64,000 nucleotides of DNA from an uncultured virus (IMG/VR IMGVR_UViG_3300027749_002987) (lineage: Duplodnaviria > Heunggongvirae > Uroviricota > Caudoviricetes), in the IMG/VR virus record IMGVR_UViG_3300027749_002987. One strand, written 5' to 3'. Shown piece by piece: positions 32,084 through 42,193 of the stretch. The first letter of the stretch is position 1; every line of letters starts with the position of its first letter. The position numbers and the translations under genes are program-made. Below the pieces are notes generated by a model that was not told the DNA's origin, did no database searches, and was given only the letters and a program-made list of their open reading frames with translations.

Positions 32084-32092
32084 GGATAAATC

Positions 32093-33385
32093 ATGATAAC
32101 AACATCACATTTAAAAAGTTTCCTGGTTAGTCCTTGGACTATTTTAGGATCAATCATCGTAGGTATAGTCTGTGGCGTGTATGCTCCTGCATTTAGTATT
32201 GGTCTCGACAGTATTGGCAGCATCTATATCAGCTTGCTCAAGGTAGTTGTACTGCCATTCTTGTTAGCAACTATTCTAGTTGGTATTATAGGACTACTAC
32301 AAAAAGAAGGTAGTGAGGCCCTGATACGCAAAATTATCATTGGCTTTGTGGGCAGTATGTTCTTGGCCGCAGTTATCGGAGTTGGCACTGTGCTGGTCAC
32401 AGGCACAGATATGACACCTGGAAAGAAAACAGAATTTGGTGTACTAGTTAACAATAAGGATACTGGCACTGAATTAAGCATTACCCTACACGAACCAATG
32501 ACAAAAGCGCCCGAAGTCAGCGCAGGTAAAATGGCTGAGAAGTTTATTCCTGAAAACATTTTTGCTACACTGAACAATGGTGAGAGTTTAAAGATTGTTA
32601 TTTTCTGTTTAATATTTGGTGTTGCCCTTGGACATTTGAAAACAGAAGGACAGCGCATGCTGGTAGAAGTTCTAAAGAGCATACAGCAGGCCAGCATCAG
32701 CATTTTTAAATTCTTAAACTACTTCTTACCTATTGCACTACTAGCAATGATTTCTGCGCAAGTTGGAAAAGTCGGAGTTGGTATATTCTTGACCATGTTT
32801 GACTTTGTGTTCCAACAGTTTGTTGGTGGACTATTAGTAATTGTGTTAGGCACCATTGTAATTTGGAAGCGTTCGGGATTAGATCTAATGACAGTGATCC
32901 GTGAAACTAAAGAAACATTAATTGTTGCTATTAGTTCACGCAGTTCGTTAGCCTGTATTCCATACGCACAAGAAGCCTTACACAAACTACATTTTGACAA
33001 GGGCGGAGTTGAACTAACTGTTCCACTAAGTTTTACAGTTAATCGTATTGGCAGTATTGTTTACTATGCTATTGCCACAGTATTCATTGCCAACATCTAT
33101 GATGCTCCATTAGGTTTTACTGGCTTATTTGTTGTGCTGTTTGGCAGTATCCTAGCTGGCTTGGCATCAGCAGGTACAACAGGTATCTTAACTGTGGCAA
33201 CAGTTGCAGTGGTATGTGACTTGTTAAAACTACCCAGCGAAGCGGTGTTGGTGTTGTTGATTGCAGTAGATCCCTTAATGGACATGATTCGCACAGCAAG
33301 TCATGTACATGGTAATGTAGCAGTAACAGCATTTGTCTGCGATAAGGAACATTCAGATGGACAAGCTGAAAGAGTTCCTACTTAG
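32093..33385 (+). CDS. dicarboxylate/amino acid:cation symporter (GltP/DctA family)
   Basis: IPENIF, SRSSLA, DPLMDMIRT; multiple TMs. Confidence 0.9.
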   Translation: MITTSHLKSFLVSPWTILGSIIVGIVCGVYAPAFSIGLDSIGSIYISLLKVVVLPFLLATILVGIIGLLQKEGSEALIRKIIIGFVGSMFLAAVIGVGTVLVTGTDMTPGKKTEFGVLVNNKDTGTELSITLHEPMTKAPEVSAGKMAEKFIPENIFATLNNGESLKIVIFCLIFGVALGHLKTEGQRMLVEVLKSIQQASISIFKFLNYFLPIALLAMISAQVGKVGVGIFLTMFDFVFQQFVGGLLVIVLGTIVIWKRSGLDLMTVIRETKETLIVAISSRSSLACIPYAQEALHKLHFDKGGVELTVPLSFTVNRIGSIVYYAIATVFIANIYDAPLGFTGLFVVLFGSILAGLASAGTTGILTVATVAVVCDLLKLPSEAVLVLLIAVDPLMDMIRTASHVHGNVAVTAFVCDKEHSDGQAERVPT

Positions 33386-33971
33386 TTTACTAACCTGGAT
33401 CGGTGAAAGCCCATTCAGGTTGTTCACAGTAATACTGCTGTGCTTGCTAACATTCATTGGATGGGTTGCATACACGGAAAAAGATGCGTTCATGGCCAGC
33501 TATCGTGCCCAACAATCACTGCCACGCATGAACGGCGAGTATGAAAAAGCCGCTAACTTTATACTTAAAAACAGCCAAGCAGAACTGATAGCTATATTTG
33601 AAGTTAATACTTTGTTAAACACTAGAAAATTAGTATACTTTGTTACACGCAAAGGCGGTCAAGACAAAACCATGTATGGCACCGATGTTGGTTTGCTAAC
33701 TAAAAATTACGACAACAACAACGATGTGATTTCCATGATGTCGGGTAAGATACCTTGCCAAACTTATGAAAAACCTCAGAGTCTAATGGGTTTCATCTAT
33801 GTTGAGAAAGGTGTCAAGTGGATGTGTCGTATTAGTGTTCCAGCTGAGCCTGGCATATTTATTGGACAGATATCCGTAGGCTGGACAGAAGTTCCTGCTG
33901 ATAAACAACCTGTCGACACACAACAAACAGTAATGACTGTGGCCAGCGGTCTATTGTATAATAAAAAATGA
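33357..33971 (+). CDS. single-TM protein with GAF-like domain (T4 holin T-like topology)
   Basis: One TM then a soluble domain with C...CRISVP...IGQISVGW. Confidence 0.45.
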   Translation: MDKLKEFLLSLLTWIGESPFRLFTVILLCLLTFIGWVAYTEKDAFMASYRAQQSLPRMNGEYEKAANFILKNSQAELIAIFEVNTLLNTRKLVYFVTRKGGQDKTMYGTDVGLLTKNYDNNNDVISMMSGKIPCQTYEKPQSLMGFIYVEKGVKWMCRISVPAEPGIFIGQISVGWTEVPADKQPVDTQQTVMTVASGLLYNKK

Positions 33972-34029
33972 GACTTCCTTCTGTCATAGCTGGTTTTATT
34001 CTAATTGTTATCTTATTGATTGCATTATT

Positions 34030-34719
34030 ATGAAACGCTTAGGAGTTCTTGGTGGTATGGGGCCAGCGGCAGGTGCAGAATTCCTAGTTCGCCTTACTCA
34101 TCAAACTCCAGCCGCCTGCGACCAAGAACATATTCCAGTGATACTATGGAGCGATCCAACTGTACCCGACCGTAGTACCAGCTTGCTCAACAAAGATGAC
34201 TTGCCTTGGGAAAAACTTAAACAGGGAGTACAAGGTTTAAAAGCCGCAGGATGTGATCACATTGTTATTCCTTGTAACACAGCACATTTTTGGTATGAAA
34301 GGCTAGTGGAACTGGGTGTTCCGATTACACACATAGTAGACAGTGTAGCAGATGAATTACGTGCGCAAGATATCTCTGGCACTATTGGAATACTTGGTAC
34401 ACGAGCTACAATGAAGTTAGGCTTGTATAGTGATAGATTAAATGCGGCAGGTTGGCAGTGCATAATGCCCACAAGCAAAGAAATGGAAGACTATGTACAA
34501 CCAGGAATCGATCTAATCAAAGCCAACAAGCCCATTTCAGCCAACGGCATGTTGATGACTGCGGTTCGTTCACTAATTAAACGTGGTGCCAATGCTGTTG
34601 TGCTAGGATGTACTGAAATTCCGCTGGTGATACGAGAATATCATTGCCAAGAAATTCCGTTAATAAATAGTATTGACAGCTTGGTAAAAGCATCAATTAA
34701 TAAATTCAAAAGGAATTAA
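34030..34719 (+). CDS. aspartate/glutamate racemase
   Basis: GVLGGMGP, PCNTAH, LGCTEIP catalytic Cys pair. Confidence 0.92.
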   Translation: MKRLGVLGGMGPAAGAEFLVRLTHQTPAACDQEHIPVILWSDPTVPDRSTSLLNKDDLPWEKLKQGVQGLKAAGCDHIVIPCNTAHFWYERLVELGVPITHIVDSVADELRAQDISGTIGILGTRATMKLGLYSDRLNAAGWQCIMPTSKEMEDYVQPGIDLIKANKPISANGMLMTAVRSLIKRGANAVVLGCTEIPLVIREYHCQEIPLINSIDSLVKASINKFKRN

Positions 34720-34959
34720 CATGACAAGAACATTATGCGCAGTTATTTTAGCAGTATTTGCTTATGGATGTGCTACAGCAATCAGTGCTTCAGAAAGAGA
34801 AGTAAGTGCTAGAGAAGATGCTAGGGAAGCAGCCTTATGGAAGGTAATGGCTGGCAAGTAAAAGATAAATAAAGTACGGGCACAAAATTGGGTGCCGTGG
34901 GACCCCGTAATCCACAGTGGAACGCAAGTTCCATTTTTTATCTAAAAGGAGACTCAACC

Positions 34960-35118
34960 ATGAAGCAACGTAAATTAATTGAAAAGTTGTACAGGGCTTG
35001 CGTCGACCACGATGCCGAGAAACAATACGAACTTCGCTTGAAAGAGTTCGCCAAAATCTTGAAACACAAGGCCGAAGGCAAACCATTTACAACCAAATGG
35101 ACTTTGGTACAGATTTAA
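34960..35118 (+). CDS. small hypothetical protein
   Basis: AAGGAG RBS; terminator follows. Confidence 0.55.
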   Translation: MKQRKLIEKLYRACVDHDAEKQYELRLKEFAKILKHKAEGKPFTTKWTLVQI

Positions 35119-35125
35119 CACACAC

Positions 35126-35153
35126 TAGGGCTACTCAGGTAGCCCTTTCTTTT
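35126..35153 (+). terminator. intrinsic terminator
   Basis: AGGGCTAC/GTAGCCCT stem followed by a T tract. Confidence 0.75.
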
Positions 35154-35222
35154 GGCTAAATACACGATATAAACATACTCTGCTTTTCGCAAACTCATTG
35201 TATGTCCAACAAGGACTAAACC

Positions 35223-36359
35223 ATGACTATTAGAAAACTCGTAAGTAAAGCAGTAGCGGGCACCGTGGGTGCGTATGTGGGTCAAGCAGGTGAAATATCC
35301 TTTGACCCTGTGCTAGGGGCACTTAAACTATCCGATGGCATATCGCCGGGTGGTGTAGCAATTACACAGCCTACCGTACCCACCCTATCAGATAATCGTT
35401 GGTATGTTGACCCCAGTAGAACAGACATAAATCCTGTGTCAGCAACTGGTAACGACTCAAATCCATTCCTCGGCATAACTGCCGCACTGGTCTATATTGA
35501 AGCAAGAATTGCTGACGGCAGTTTGGTCCTAAACATTTCGGGCGCCGTTGTTGATAACCCACAGTTCATTATTCTAAAGAGTTCAACTACAGAAAATGTG
35601 GCACTAACTCGTGGTAATATTTTTATTATAGGTGATACTCCAGATGCTGGACACGTACCCATCTGGATCAACGGATACATTACTGTTACTCCGGCAGACT
35701 CAAGTGGCAACGCCATAAACGTCAATAGATTTGGTTTGTTTAATGTTGCTGTCAAAACTAACAGTGCAAATCATGCTATTCAAGTGACTGGTGCCAACTC
35801 ATCAAAACTTTACCTAGAAGATGTATATGCCTACCAAAACGATGCTACCAAGAGTTGTGTTTATGCCAATAATACTGGCACTGGCAGCAGAGTGGAAATA
35901 GGTGATTGTACCATGGCTAGAGCCAGTGGTTCCGTATATCTAATAGACATCCAACGTGGATTCTGTAGCATAAACAATCTTGAAACCAATGGCATAGGAC
36001 AAGTACTTAACCAAGCAAACGATTCCACCGGTACTATGCTAAGAAGTGGGGTAGAAGCCAACACTGGTGCTGTGGTTACTCTAAGTGGTTCAGTACAATG
36101 GGGTATGGGTGAAGTTATTCTTAACAACACTGGCACAGGTGCCAATACATACGGTATCTCAATGAGTGGTTCAGCAACCATGCAGTTTGGTGTGTGTACA
36201 TTTAACATACCGGCCGCACAGGCCACCAATCGTGCTATCAATGGAGTGGCTGGCAATGTGGTATTATACTCTGGACCAATTTTCCAATATGGAAGCACAA
36301 ACAAGATATCCTCAGCAATTACGTTGATTCCGTTGACAACAACATTCACAGCAGTTTAA
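35223..36359 (+). CDS. beta-helix tail-fibre-like protein
   Basis: YVG..GE...L.LSDG.SPGG N-terminus, G.DSNPF. Confidence 0.6.
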   Translation: MTIRKLVSKAVAGTVGAYVGQAGEISFDPVLGALKLSDGISPGGVAITQPTVPTLSDNRWYVDPSRTDINPVSATGNDSNPFLGITAALVYIEARIADGSLVLNISGAVVDNPQFIILKSSTTENVALTRGNIFIIGDTPDAGHVPIWINGYITVTPADSSGNAINVNRFGLFNVAVKTNSANHAIQVTGANSSKLYLEDVYAYQNDATKSCVYANNTGTGSRVEIGDCTMARASGSVYLIDIQRGFCSINNLETNGIGQVLNQANDSTGTMLRSGVEANTGAVVTLSGSVQWGMGEVILNNTGTGANTYGISMSGSATMQFGVCTFNIPAAQATNRAINGVAGNVVLYSGPIFQYGSTNKISSAITLIPLTTTFTAV

Positions 36360-36410
36360 CGTGTAACACAACTGCAATCTTTGTAACACCATGCTACGAT
36401 AAATACTGCT

Positions 36411-37187
36411 ATGCAGAAAACTTATCGTAGCATTTTTATTTCTGACGTACACCTTGGCACACGTGACTCACAAGCTGCCAAGCTCAACAACTTTCTCAAA
36501 CACAATACATGCGAAACATTATATCTTGTAGGAGATATTATCGATGCATGGAAAATTCAACAAAACAAATGGCGATGGAAACAAAGCCATACAAATGTTG
36601 TTCGCCGTGTACTTGGCCATGCCAAACGTGGCACTAGGGTTGTATACGTGGCTGGAAATCATGACGAATTCCTGCGCCCGATGATACCATATGGTTTTAG
36701 TTTTGGTCTTGTTGAAATACACAATCAAACAGAACACATAGGTGCAGATGGCAAACACTATCTTGTAACACACGGTGATTTGTTTGATGGCATTACTAGA
36801 CTTGCTCCGTGGCTTGCTTTTTTGGGAGACAAGTTATACGATTTAGTATTAGATTGGAACAGTAGATTCAATTGGATACGCCATAAGTTAGGCTTTGGTT
36901 ACTGGAGTCTTAGTAAATATCTCAAGCACAAAGTCAAGAAGGCCTCGGACTTTATGTTTCAATTTGAAAAGAATCTAGCAGGCTATTGTAAAAAGCGCGG
37001 CTTTGACGGTGTTATATGCGGACATATACATCACGCTGAAATAAAAGAAATAGACGGCGTCACATACATGAATGATGGTGACTGGGTTGAAAGTTGTACG
37101 GCCTTGGTTGAACACCACGATGGTAAGTGGGAGATAATCACATGGACACGAGAGAATGACAAAGACGATACTGATAATAACGGATAA
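36411..37187 (+). CDS. LpxH-family metallophosphoesterase (PlcP-like)
   Basis: SDVHLG, GDIID, GNHD, HGD, GHIH, NDGDWVES. Confidence 0.88.
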   Translation: MQKTYRSIFISDVHLGTRDSQAAKLNNFLKHNTCETLYLVGDIIDAWKIQQNKWRWKQSHTNVVRRVLGHAKRGTRVVYVAGNHDEFLRPMIPYGFSFGLVEIHNQTEHIGADGKHYLVTHGDLFDGITRLAPWLAFLGDKLYDLVLDWNSRFNWIRHKLGFGYWSLSKYLKHKVKKASDFMFQFEKNLAGYCKKRGFDGVICGHIHHAEIKEIDGVTYMNDGDWVESCTALVEHHDGKWEIITWTRENDKDDTDNNG

Positions 37188-38154
37188 TCTTAAGGATCAA
37201 ATCAATGGTGTTGTTACGACCTACAAAAATATTGAGATTTGTGCTGTTCGTGACGGTTATAACGTTGTGGTGTTGGATCCCGGGTGGTTCAGCTACATTG
37301 ATTGCCCTGGCTACAACGAAGTCAAGATTGCCTATCCGCGGAACCTGGGCAAGAAGATTGCGGAGATATCTCCGGATTATATCCATGTCGCCACAGAGGG
37401 TCCTCTTGGTCTGTGGGCTAGAGCATATCTTTCATTGGCTGGTGTTCCTCACAATACCGCTTATCATACTAAGTTTCCAGAAGGACTTAAGAAGCTGTTT
37501 GGAATACCTGAGTGGATCACTTGGCGCTTTGTACGCTGGTTTCATAAGCATAGCGGTAAAGTTTTAACCACTACAGACAGTATGGTTCGAGAATTGCAAG
37601 CACATGGGTTTGATGGTGAGGTTATTTCCTGGACTCGTGGTGTTGACCGTGCGATCTTTACTCCCGATCTTAGAGAAGATGCGCCAGCCAAATATTTGTT
37701 ATGTGTCAGCCGCGTGAGTAAAGAAAAGAATTTAGAAAAGTTTTTTGAACTGGACTATCCAGGATACCTAAAGATCATGGTGGGCGATGGTCCCATGCTG
37801 GAAAAGTATAAGAAGCATTATCCAGCAGTGCATTTTACAGGTTTCAAAACTGGCAAAGATTTGGCACGTTACTATGCCAATGCCGAAGTATTTGTATTTC
37901 CCAGCCAGTGGGAAACATTTGGTATTGTTATGATTGAAGCAATGTCTTGCGGTACACCAGTTGCGGCTTTTCCGTGCCAAGGCCCAGAAGATGTAATTGA
38001 TCAAGCTGAAACAGGATTCATGAATGAAAATTTAGAGGATGCTGTTACTGCTTGCTTACAACTCAACAGAGATCGTGTTTACAAAGGTAGTCAACGTTGG
38101 TCTTGGGACCGTGCCTGGGATATATTCCGCGACAATTTAATTCCTACTAAATAG
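37156..38154 (+). CDS. GT4 glycosyltransferase (Agt-like)
   Basis: QINGV, ATEGPLG, RGVD, ETFGIVMIEA. Confidence 0.9.
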   Translation: MTKTILIITDNLKDQINGVVTTYKNIEICAVRDGYNVVVLDPGWFSYIDCPGYNEVKIAYPRNLGKKIAEISPDYIHVATEGPLGLWARAYLSLAGVPHNTAYHTKFPEGLKKLFGIPEWITWRFVRWFHKHSGKVLTTTDSMVRELQAHGFDGEVISWTRGVDRAIFTPDLREDAPAKYLLCVSRVSKEKNLEKFFELDYPGYLKIMVGDGPMLEKYKKHYPAVHFTGFKTGKDLARYYANAEVFVFPSQWETFGIVMIEAMSCGTPVAAFPCQGPEDVIDQAETGFMNENLEDAVTACLQLNRDRVYKGSQRWSWDRAWDIFRDNLIPTK

Positions 38155-38177
38155 TAGTAGTTAATGAGAGGACACAC

Positions 38178-38321
38178 ATGGGCATACTAGAAGTAGTAGT
38201 ATACGGATTCTTCACAGCATTTGGTTGGTGGGGTGCAAATCACTACGTAATTGAACCCTATTTTCCGCAGCCAATTGAGCGTAAAGAAGAATCAAAAAAT
38301 GAACGATCCAAAGAAAAATAA
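38178..38321 (+). CDS. small membrane protein, 47 aa
   Basis: GAGG RBS; MGILEVVVYGFFTAFGWWG... Confidence 0.5.
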   Translation: MGILEVVVYGFFTAFGWWGANHYVIEPYFPQPIERKEESKNERSKEK

Positions 38322-38419
38322 GTGGATTGAACTCTACGAACGAATCGTCGATAATATATTAAGAGTCCTGTGGCTAATTTTATTAGTCACATGGATTATA
38401 ACAGAACACAAGCTGTAAC

Positions 38420-39055
38420 ATGAAACCCACAATTGCTCTTTTCCTGTATGATCCTAAATGTAGCGTACAGTCGGGCAATGGAGTCATTCACGCATTACAA
38501 GACTATTACAATTTTAAAATTTTCAGCATTAACGAACTGGAAGACACCTTCTTTGACGATGTAGATATCGTAGCTGTGCCAGGCGGATTCGGAGATGCTG
38601 GATCATTTGATCGAGCATTTAAACACAACAAACAACGTATTAAAAACTTTGTCCGTGACGGCGGCAAATACTTGGGTATTTGTATGGGTGCTTACTGGGC
38701 TGGCAAGCACTACTTTGATATATTAAATAATGTAGATGCTGTACAGTATATAACACGACCAAATACAGACACAAGGAGACCACATGCTAAAGATATCAAA
38801 ATTAAATGGAATAACCTTGATACAACAATGTTTTTTTACGATGGTTGTGCTTTGGTTGGTAACGGTCAGTACGATCGAATCTCTACATACGCGAATGGCG
38901 ATTCAATGGCAATCATTCAGGAAAACATAGGATTAATAGGTGCCCATCCAGAGGCTGAACCTTTCTGGTATGACGGTTATACTTGGATGCGGGGAAAATA
39001 TGCCAGCAAGCATGATTTACTTTTAGACTTTGTTGACCAGCTAAATAGTGTATGA
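38420..39055 (+). CDS. class I glutamine amidotransferase-like (BPL_N type)
   Basis: PGG, GICMGAY, HPE. Confidence 0.8.
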   Translation: MKPTIALFLYDPKCSVQSGNGVIHALQDYYNFKIFSINELEDTFFDDVDIVAVPGGFGDAGSFDRAFKHNKQRIKNFVRDGGKYLGICMGAYWAGKHYFDILNNVDAVQYITRPNTDTRRPHAKDIKIKWNNLDTTMFFYDGCALVGNGQYDRISTYANGDSMAIIQENIGLIGAHPEAEPFWYDGYTWMRGKYASKHDLLLDFVDQLNSV

Positions 39056-39843
39056 GACTAAAAGAATTTGCGTCTATGACGTCACTATCAATAGATACAC
39101 CTACTCCCGCACTTGCACAAGATCCGTTAGGCAGTATATTAGAACGAACAGCCAAAGCCGCAGGTATAATGGGAGTAGAATTAGCACAGTTGTTAGGCCA
39201 GTGTCACGTAGAGACTATAGGATATCAAACTCTTAAAGAATTGCCAAACAAGTGGCAAAAACATTATGAGCCGCCTAGCAAGACAGCTTCTATGCTAGGT
39301 AATACTGAACGAGGTGATGGACAAAAATTCTTAGGGCGTGGGTTTATTCAGGTAACCGGTCGGTATAACTATCAACAGTTTGCACAGAATTCAGGTATAG
39401 ATGTAGTAAGCCATCCCGAGTTATTAGAAAAACCAGATACAGCGGCTAAGGCTACTGTAGATTTTTGGTTAAATCGTATACGTCCAAATGTAAAAGATTT
39501 TACAAAAACTGATCAAGTAACCAAGATTATTAATCATGCTAAGAAGCATGCTAGCGAACGTAAATCAGCATTTACTCAATATGCTAGTAAATTACCAGAT
39601 AAATTGCGCCCGGATACAAAATTAGCACAGTCAACTACTAAACAGCAGGGCCAAGGGGCAAATCCAGCACCTAAGCAAAAACTAACAAATCCAGTGCCGA
39701 CTAAACCAACAGCACCAACTAAACCAATACTGCCTCAAGATTTAGCAAAAGTACAACAGCAGGCAATCAAATCAATGCCTGCACTACAAACAGGTGGCGA
39801 TGGCCTAGATGCTATGTTGAAACTCAAAGGGTTAAGTAACTAA
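39052..39843 (+). CDS. GH19 chitinase/lysozyme-like muramidase
   Basis: QCHVET, LGN...GDG..F.GRG.IQVTGRYNY. Confidence 0.88.
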   Translation: MRLKEFASMTSLSIDTPTPALAQDPLGSILERTAKAAGIMGVELAQLLGQCHVETIGYQTLKELPNKWQKHYEPPSKTASMLGNTERGDGQKFLGRGFIQVTGRYNYQQFAQNSGIDVVSHPELLEKPDTAAKATVDFWLNRIRPNVKDFTKTDQVTKIINHAKKHASERKSAFTQYASKLPDKLRPDTKLAQSTTKQQGQGANPAPKQKLTNPVPTKPTAPTKPILPQDLAKVQQQAIKSMPALQTGGDGLDAMLKLKGLSN

Positions 39844-39844
39844 T

Positions 39845-40561
39845 TTATATTAGATCGGTTCTTACGATACTAGCAAGTCCTAGTAGGCTAAACACTCTTA
39901 GCCATGCATATCCTAAGTCAAACTCAAACCACTTGCGACTAAGTTTAACACTAGCCGGCGACAAGTGATGATTATTATGCAGTTCCTCACCGCCAACCAC
40001 AATTCCCCATGGAACTAAATTAGTACTCTTATCACGAGACTCACCATTGCGATATCCTAGCCAATGACCTAGCCCGTTGATAACTCCGGCGGCCCAGAAA
40101 GGGATCCATATCATTTGTACACCCCACACTACTAGGCCCCACGGTCCAAAGAACAGGCAGTCTATGACCAGCATTAGAAGAATACCGAGGCGGCTATGGG
40201 GTGTATAAATGACACGTTCTATCCAATCGTCAGGAGTACCTACTCCAAACTTGTTGATCATGTCTTTGTCTTTGCTGGCATCATGATACAGGCCTGCACC
40301 TTTAAAGAACACACGAGTAATGCCATAAACATGCGGCGAGTGCGGATCGCCTTCTTTATCGCTAAATGCGTGATGTTTACGATGTATTGCCACCCATTGT
40401 TTAGTGACCATCCCAGTTGTTAGCCATAACCAGCTTCGCATGAAATGTTCTAGCACTGGATGGAATTTTATTCCTCTATGAGCTTGGCCTCGATGCAAAA
40501 ACAAAGTCACACATACTATCGTGATATGTGTGACTACCAGAGTGTATAAAATTATATCCAT
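39845..40561 (-). CDS. delta-9-type fatty acid desaturase
   Basis: His boxes HRGQAH, HRKHH, HNNHH. Confidence 0.92.
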   Translation of the reverse strand: MDIILYTLVVTHITIVCVTLFLHRGQAHRGIKFHPVLEHFMRSWLWLTTGMVTKQWVAIHRKHHAFSDKEGDPHSPHVYGITRVFFKGAGLYHDASKDKDMINKFGVGTPDDWIERVIYTPHSRLGILLMLVIDCLFFGPWGLVVWGVQMIWIPFWAAGVINGLGHWLGYRNGESRDKSTNLVPWGIVVGGEELHNNHHLSPASVKLSRKWFEFDLGYAWLRVFSLLGLASIVRTDLI

Positions 40562-40749
40562 TAGGCGTATGTTGCCGTAGCATTCACTGAAGACGCATGT
40601 AATAATTCACCACTTTCACTATATACTTTAGAAGAATGGGCTGTCCCATCATCTGCACTTTTAATTGCTTCTTCTAAGCTATCAAAGATGTGTTCTATAG
40701 TAGTAAGAACTCCAGCTTTCCAGTAGTGTTTTCTAACTCTGTGAGACAT
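40561..40749 (-). CDS. small protein (paralog of its neighbour)
   Basis: H.V.KH.W..G.L.T.EH.FD...KVY.E...TYA shared. Confidence 0.65.
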   Translation of the reverse strand: MSHRVRKHYWKAGVLTTIEHIFDSLEEAIKSADDGTAHSSKVYSESGELLHASSVNATATYA

Positions 40750-40753
40750 CTTA

Positions 40754-40966
40754 TTAGGCGTATGTTTCTCTAATATTGCTTTGATCTACAACTAATTCAG
40801 TAGAATGTGAAAATACCATTTCACTGCTTTCGTTATAGACTTTTACAGTATGTGCATTGCTACTTTTTGCATGATCTAATGCTTCTGCTAGTGTGTCAAA
40901 AAAGTGCTCAACAGTTTTAAGAATTCCGTTGTGCCAGTGGTGTTTTTTTACGTGGTGTTTTGTCAT
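40754..40966 (-). CDS. small His-rich protein (paralog)
   Basis: Same motif as its neighbour. Confidence 0.65.
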   Translation of the reverse strand: MTKHHVKKHHWHNGILKTVEHFFDTLAEALDHAKSSNAHTVKVYNESSEMVFSHSTELVVDQSNIRETYA

Positions 40967-40975
40967 GATATTATC

Positions 40976-42028
40976 CTATTGGAAGTATTTAGTCCACAGT
41001 TTTGCAGTGTTATCTGTATAATGGGTCAATGCATATTGGTGAGTTTGCACGTTAAGCTCTGAATACTGATAGCTTAAATGTAATTTTTTAATAATATCTC
41101 TACTACTATTAGGATCCGCACTAAATTCTGGAATAGCCCAAGGAATCTCATCACTATTGCCAATCAATGGTATTCCTTGACTAATCAAATCGGCGCCCAC
41201 GATATTAAATGTTTCGCTCAAATTACACTGTAAGCCAATGTCCATTTCGGCACACAATTCTAAAAATTTATCTCGGGGTCGCCACAGGTGGTTGACCATC
41301 TCGTGTCCTAGTCCGTGAATTTGTTGGAACAAACTTTTTAAATTTTTAATAACCGGGCCACCCTGCATTTCAATGCGTCCTGCATTTACATGGAATCTTA
41401 ATTTTTTTCCTATCTCGTTAGCAAATCCTATAGCTGCCACTGCCTGTAGCACATGATTTTTCAGTGGGCGTATTGCACCAAAACAGCTGATGTCTATAGT
41501 GTCTTTATCTTTGTTTAATTTTTTACTAACATATGCTTGTGGATAATAATTAGGCAAGTAGATTACTTTCTCACTAGTTTGTTCATCAGTCCAACCGTTA
41601 CGATGTTGTAGATAAATTTTAATATCTTCCATCATGCGGGGAGCATTGATAGCAAGTATAATATTTTTAAATCCCGAGTAATCACCAATCCAATCCATAG
41701 CCATGCTTTCGCCTGCTAGAAATGGCATTTCACTATGCACACGAATTACCCATTTAACATTGGGATGTAGTTTTTGTAAAATTGCAAACTTTTGTGGAAT
41801 GACCCAAATTGCTTCTATGATACAGTGGGTGGGGCGATGTAGGGTCACATACTTGTCAATACGATTATAGTCTTCAACTACTTCAAGATGACTTTCTACG
41901 CCATGGTCTACTAACATATCGTTCATAAACTTGGCACTGTTGTACAGACCTGTACTCAAGCCAACGTGTGTGTGTACTTTTGCATCAAAATCAGGACGAC
42001 GCTTTAGGATGAATAGGACTTTTGCCAT
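40976..42028 (-). CDS. GT-B glycosyltransferase-like protein
   Basis: FGAIRPLKN, SETFNIVGAD. Confidence 0.65.
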   Translation of the reverse strand: MAKVLFILKRRPDFDAKVHTHVGLSTGLYNSAKFMNDMLVDHGVESHLEVVEDYNRIDKYVTLHRPTHCIIEAIWVIPQKFAILQKLHPNVKWVIRVHSEMPFLAGESMAMDWIGDYSGFKNIILAINAPRMMEDIKIYLQHRNGWTDEQTSEKVIYLPNYYPQAYVSKKLNKDKDTIDISCFGAIRPLKNHVLQAVAAIGFANEIGKKLRFHVNAGRIEMQGGPVIKNLKSLFQQIHGLGHEMVNHLWRPRDKFLELCAEMDIGLQCNLSETFNIVGADLISQGIPLIGNSDEIPWAIPEFSADPNSSRDIIKKLHLSYQYSELNVQTHQYALTHYTDNTAKLWTKYFQ

Positions 42029-42106
42029 GTTTACTCGCTACAGTTAGTGTTAGTACGAGTATTTATCTTTATATGCGCATATAAAGATTGCAATTATATT
42101 AAAGCT

Positions 42107-42192
42107 CACTTTAGGATTCCCGGTAGCGAATCGGGCCGTCCAAGGCAGCAGCCGCCTACACCTTCGGTAACTGAATACCGGTCCTAAGGGTG
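42107..42192. ncRNA. intergenic structured RNA candidate
   Basis: CACTTTAGGA/TCCTAAGGGTG terminal stem, GC-rich interior. Confidence 0.45.
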
Positions 42193-42193
42193 T

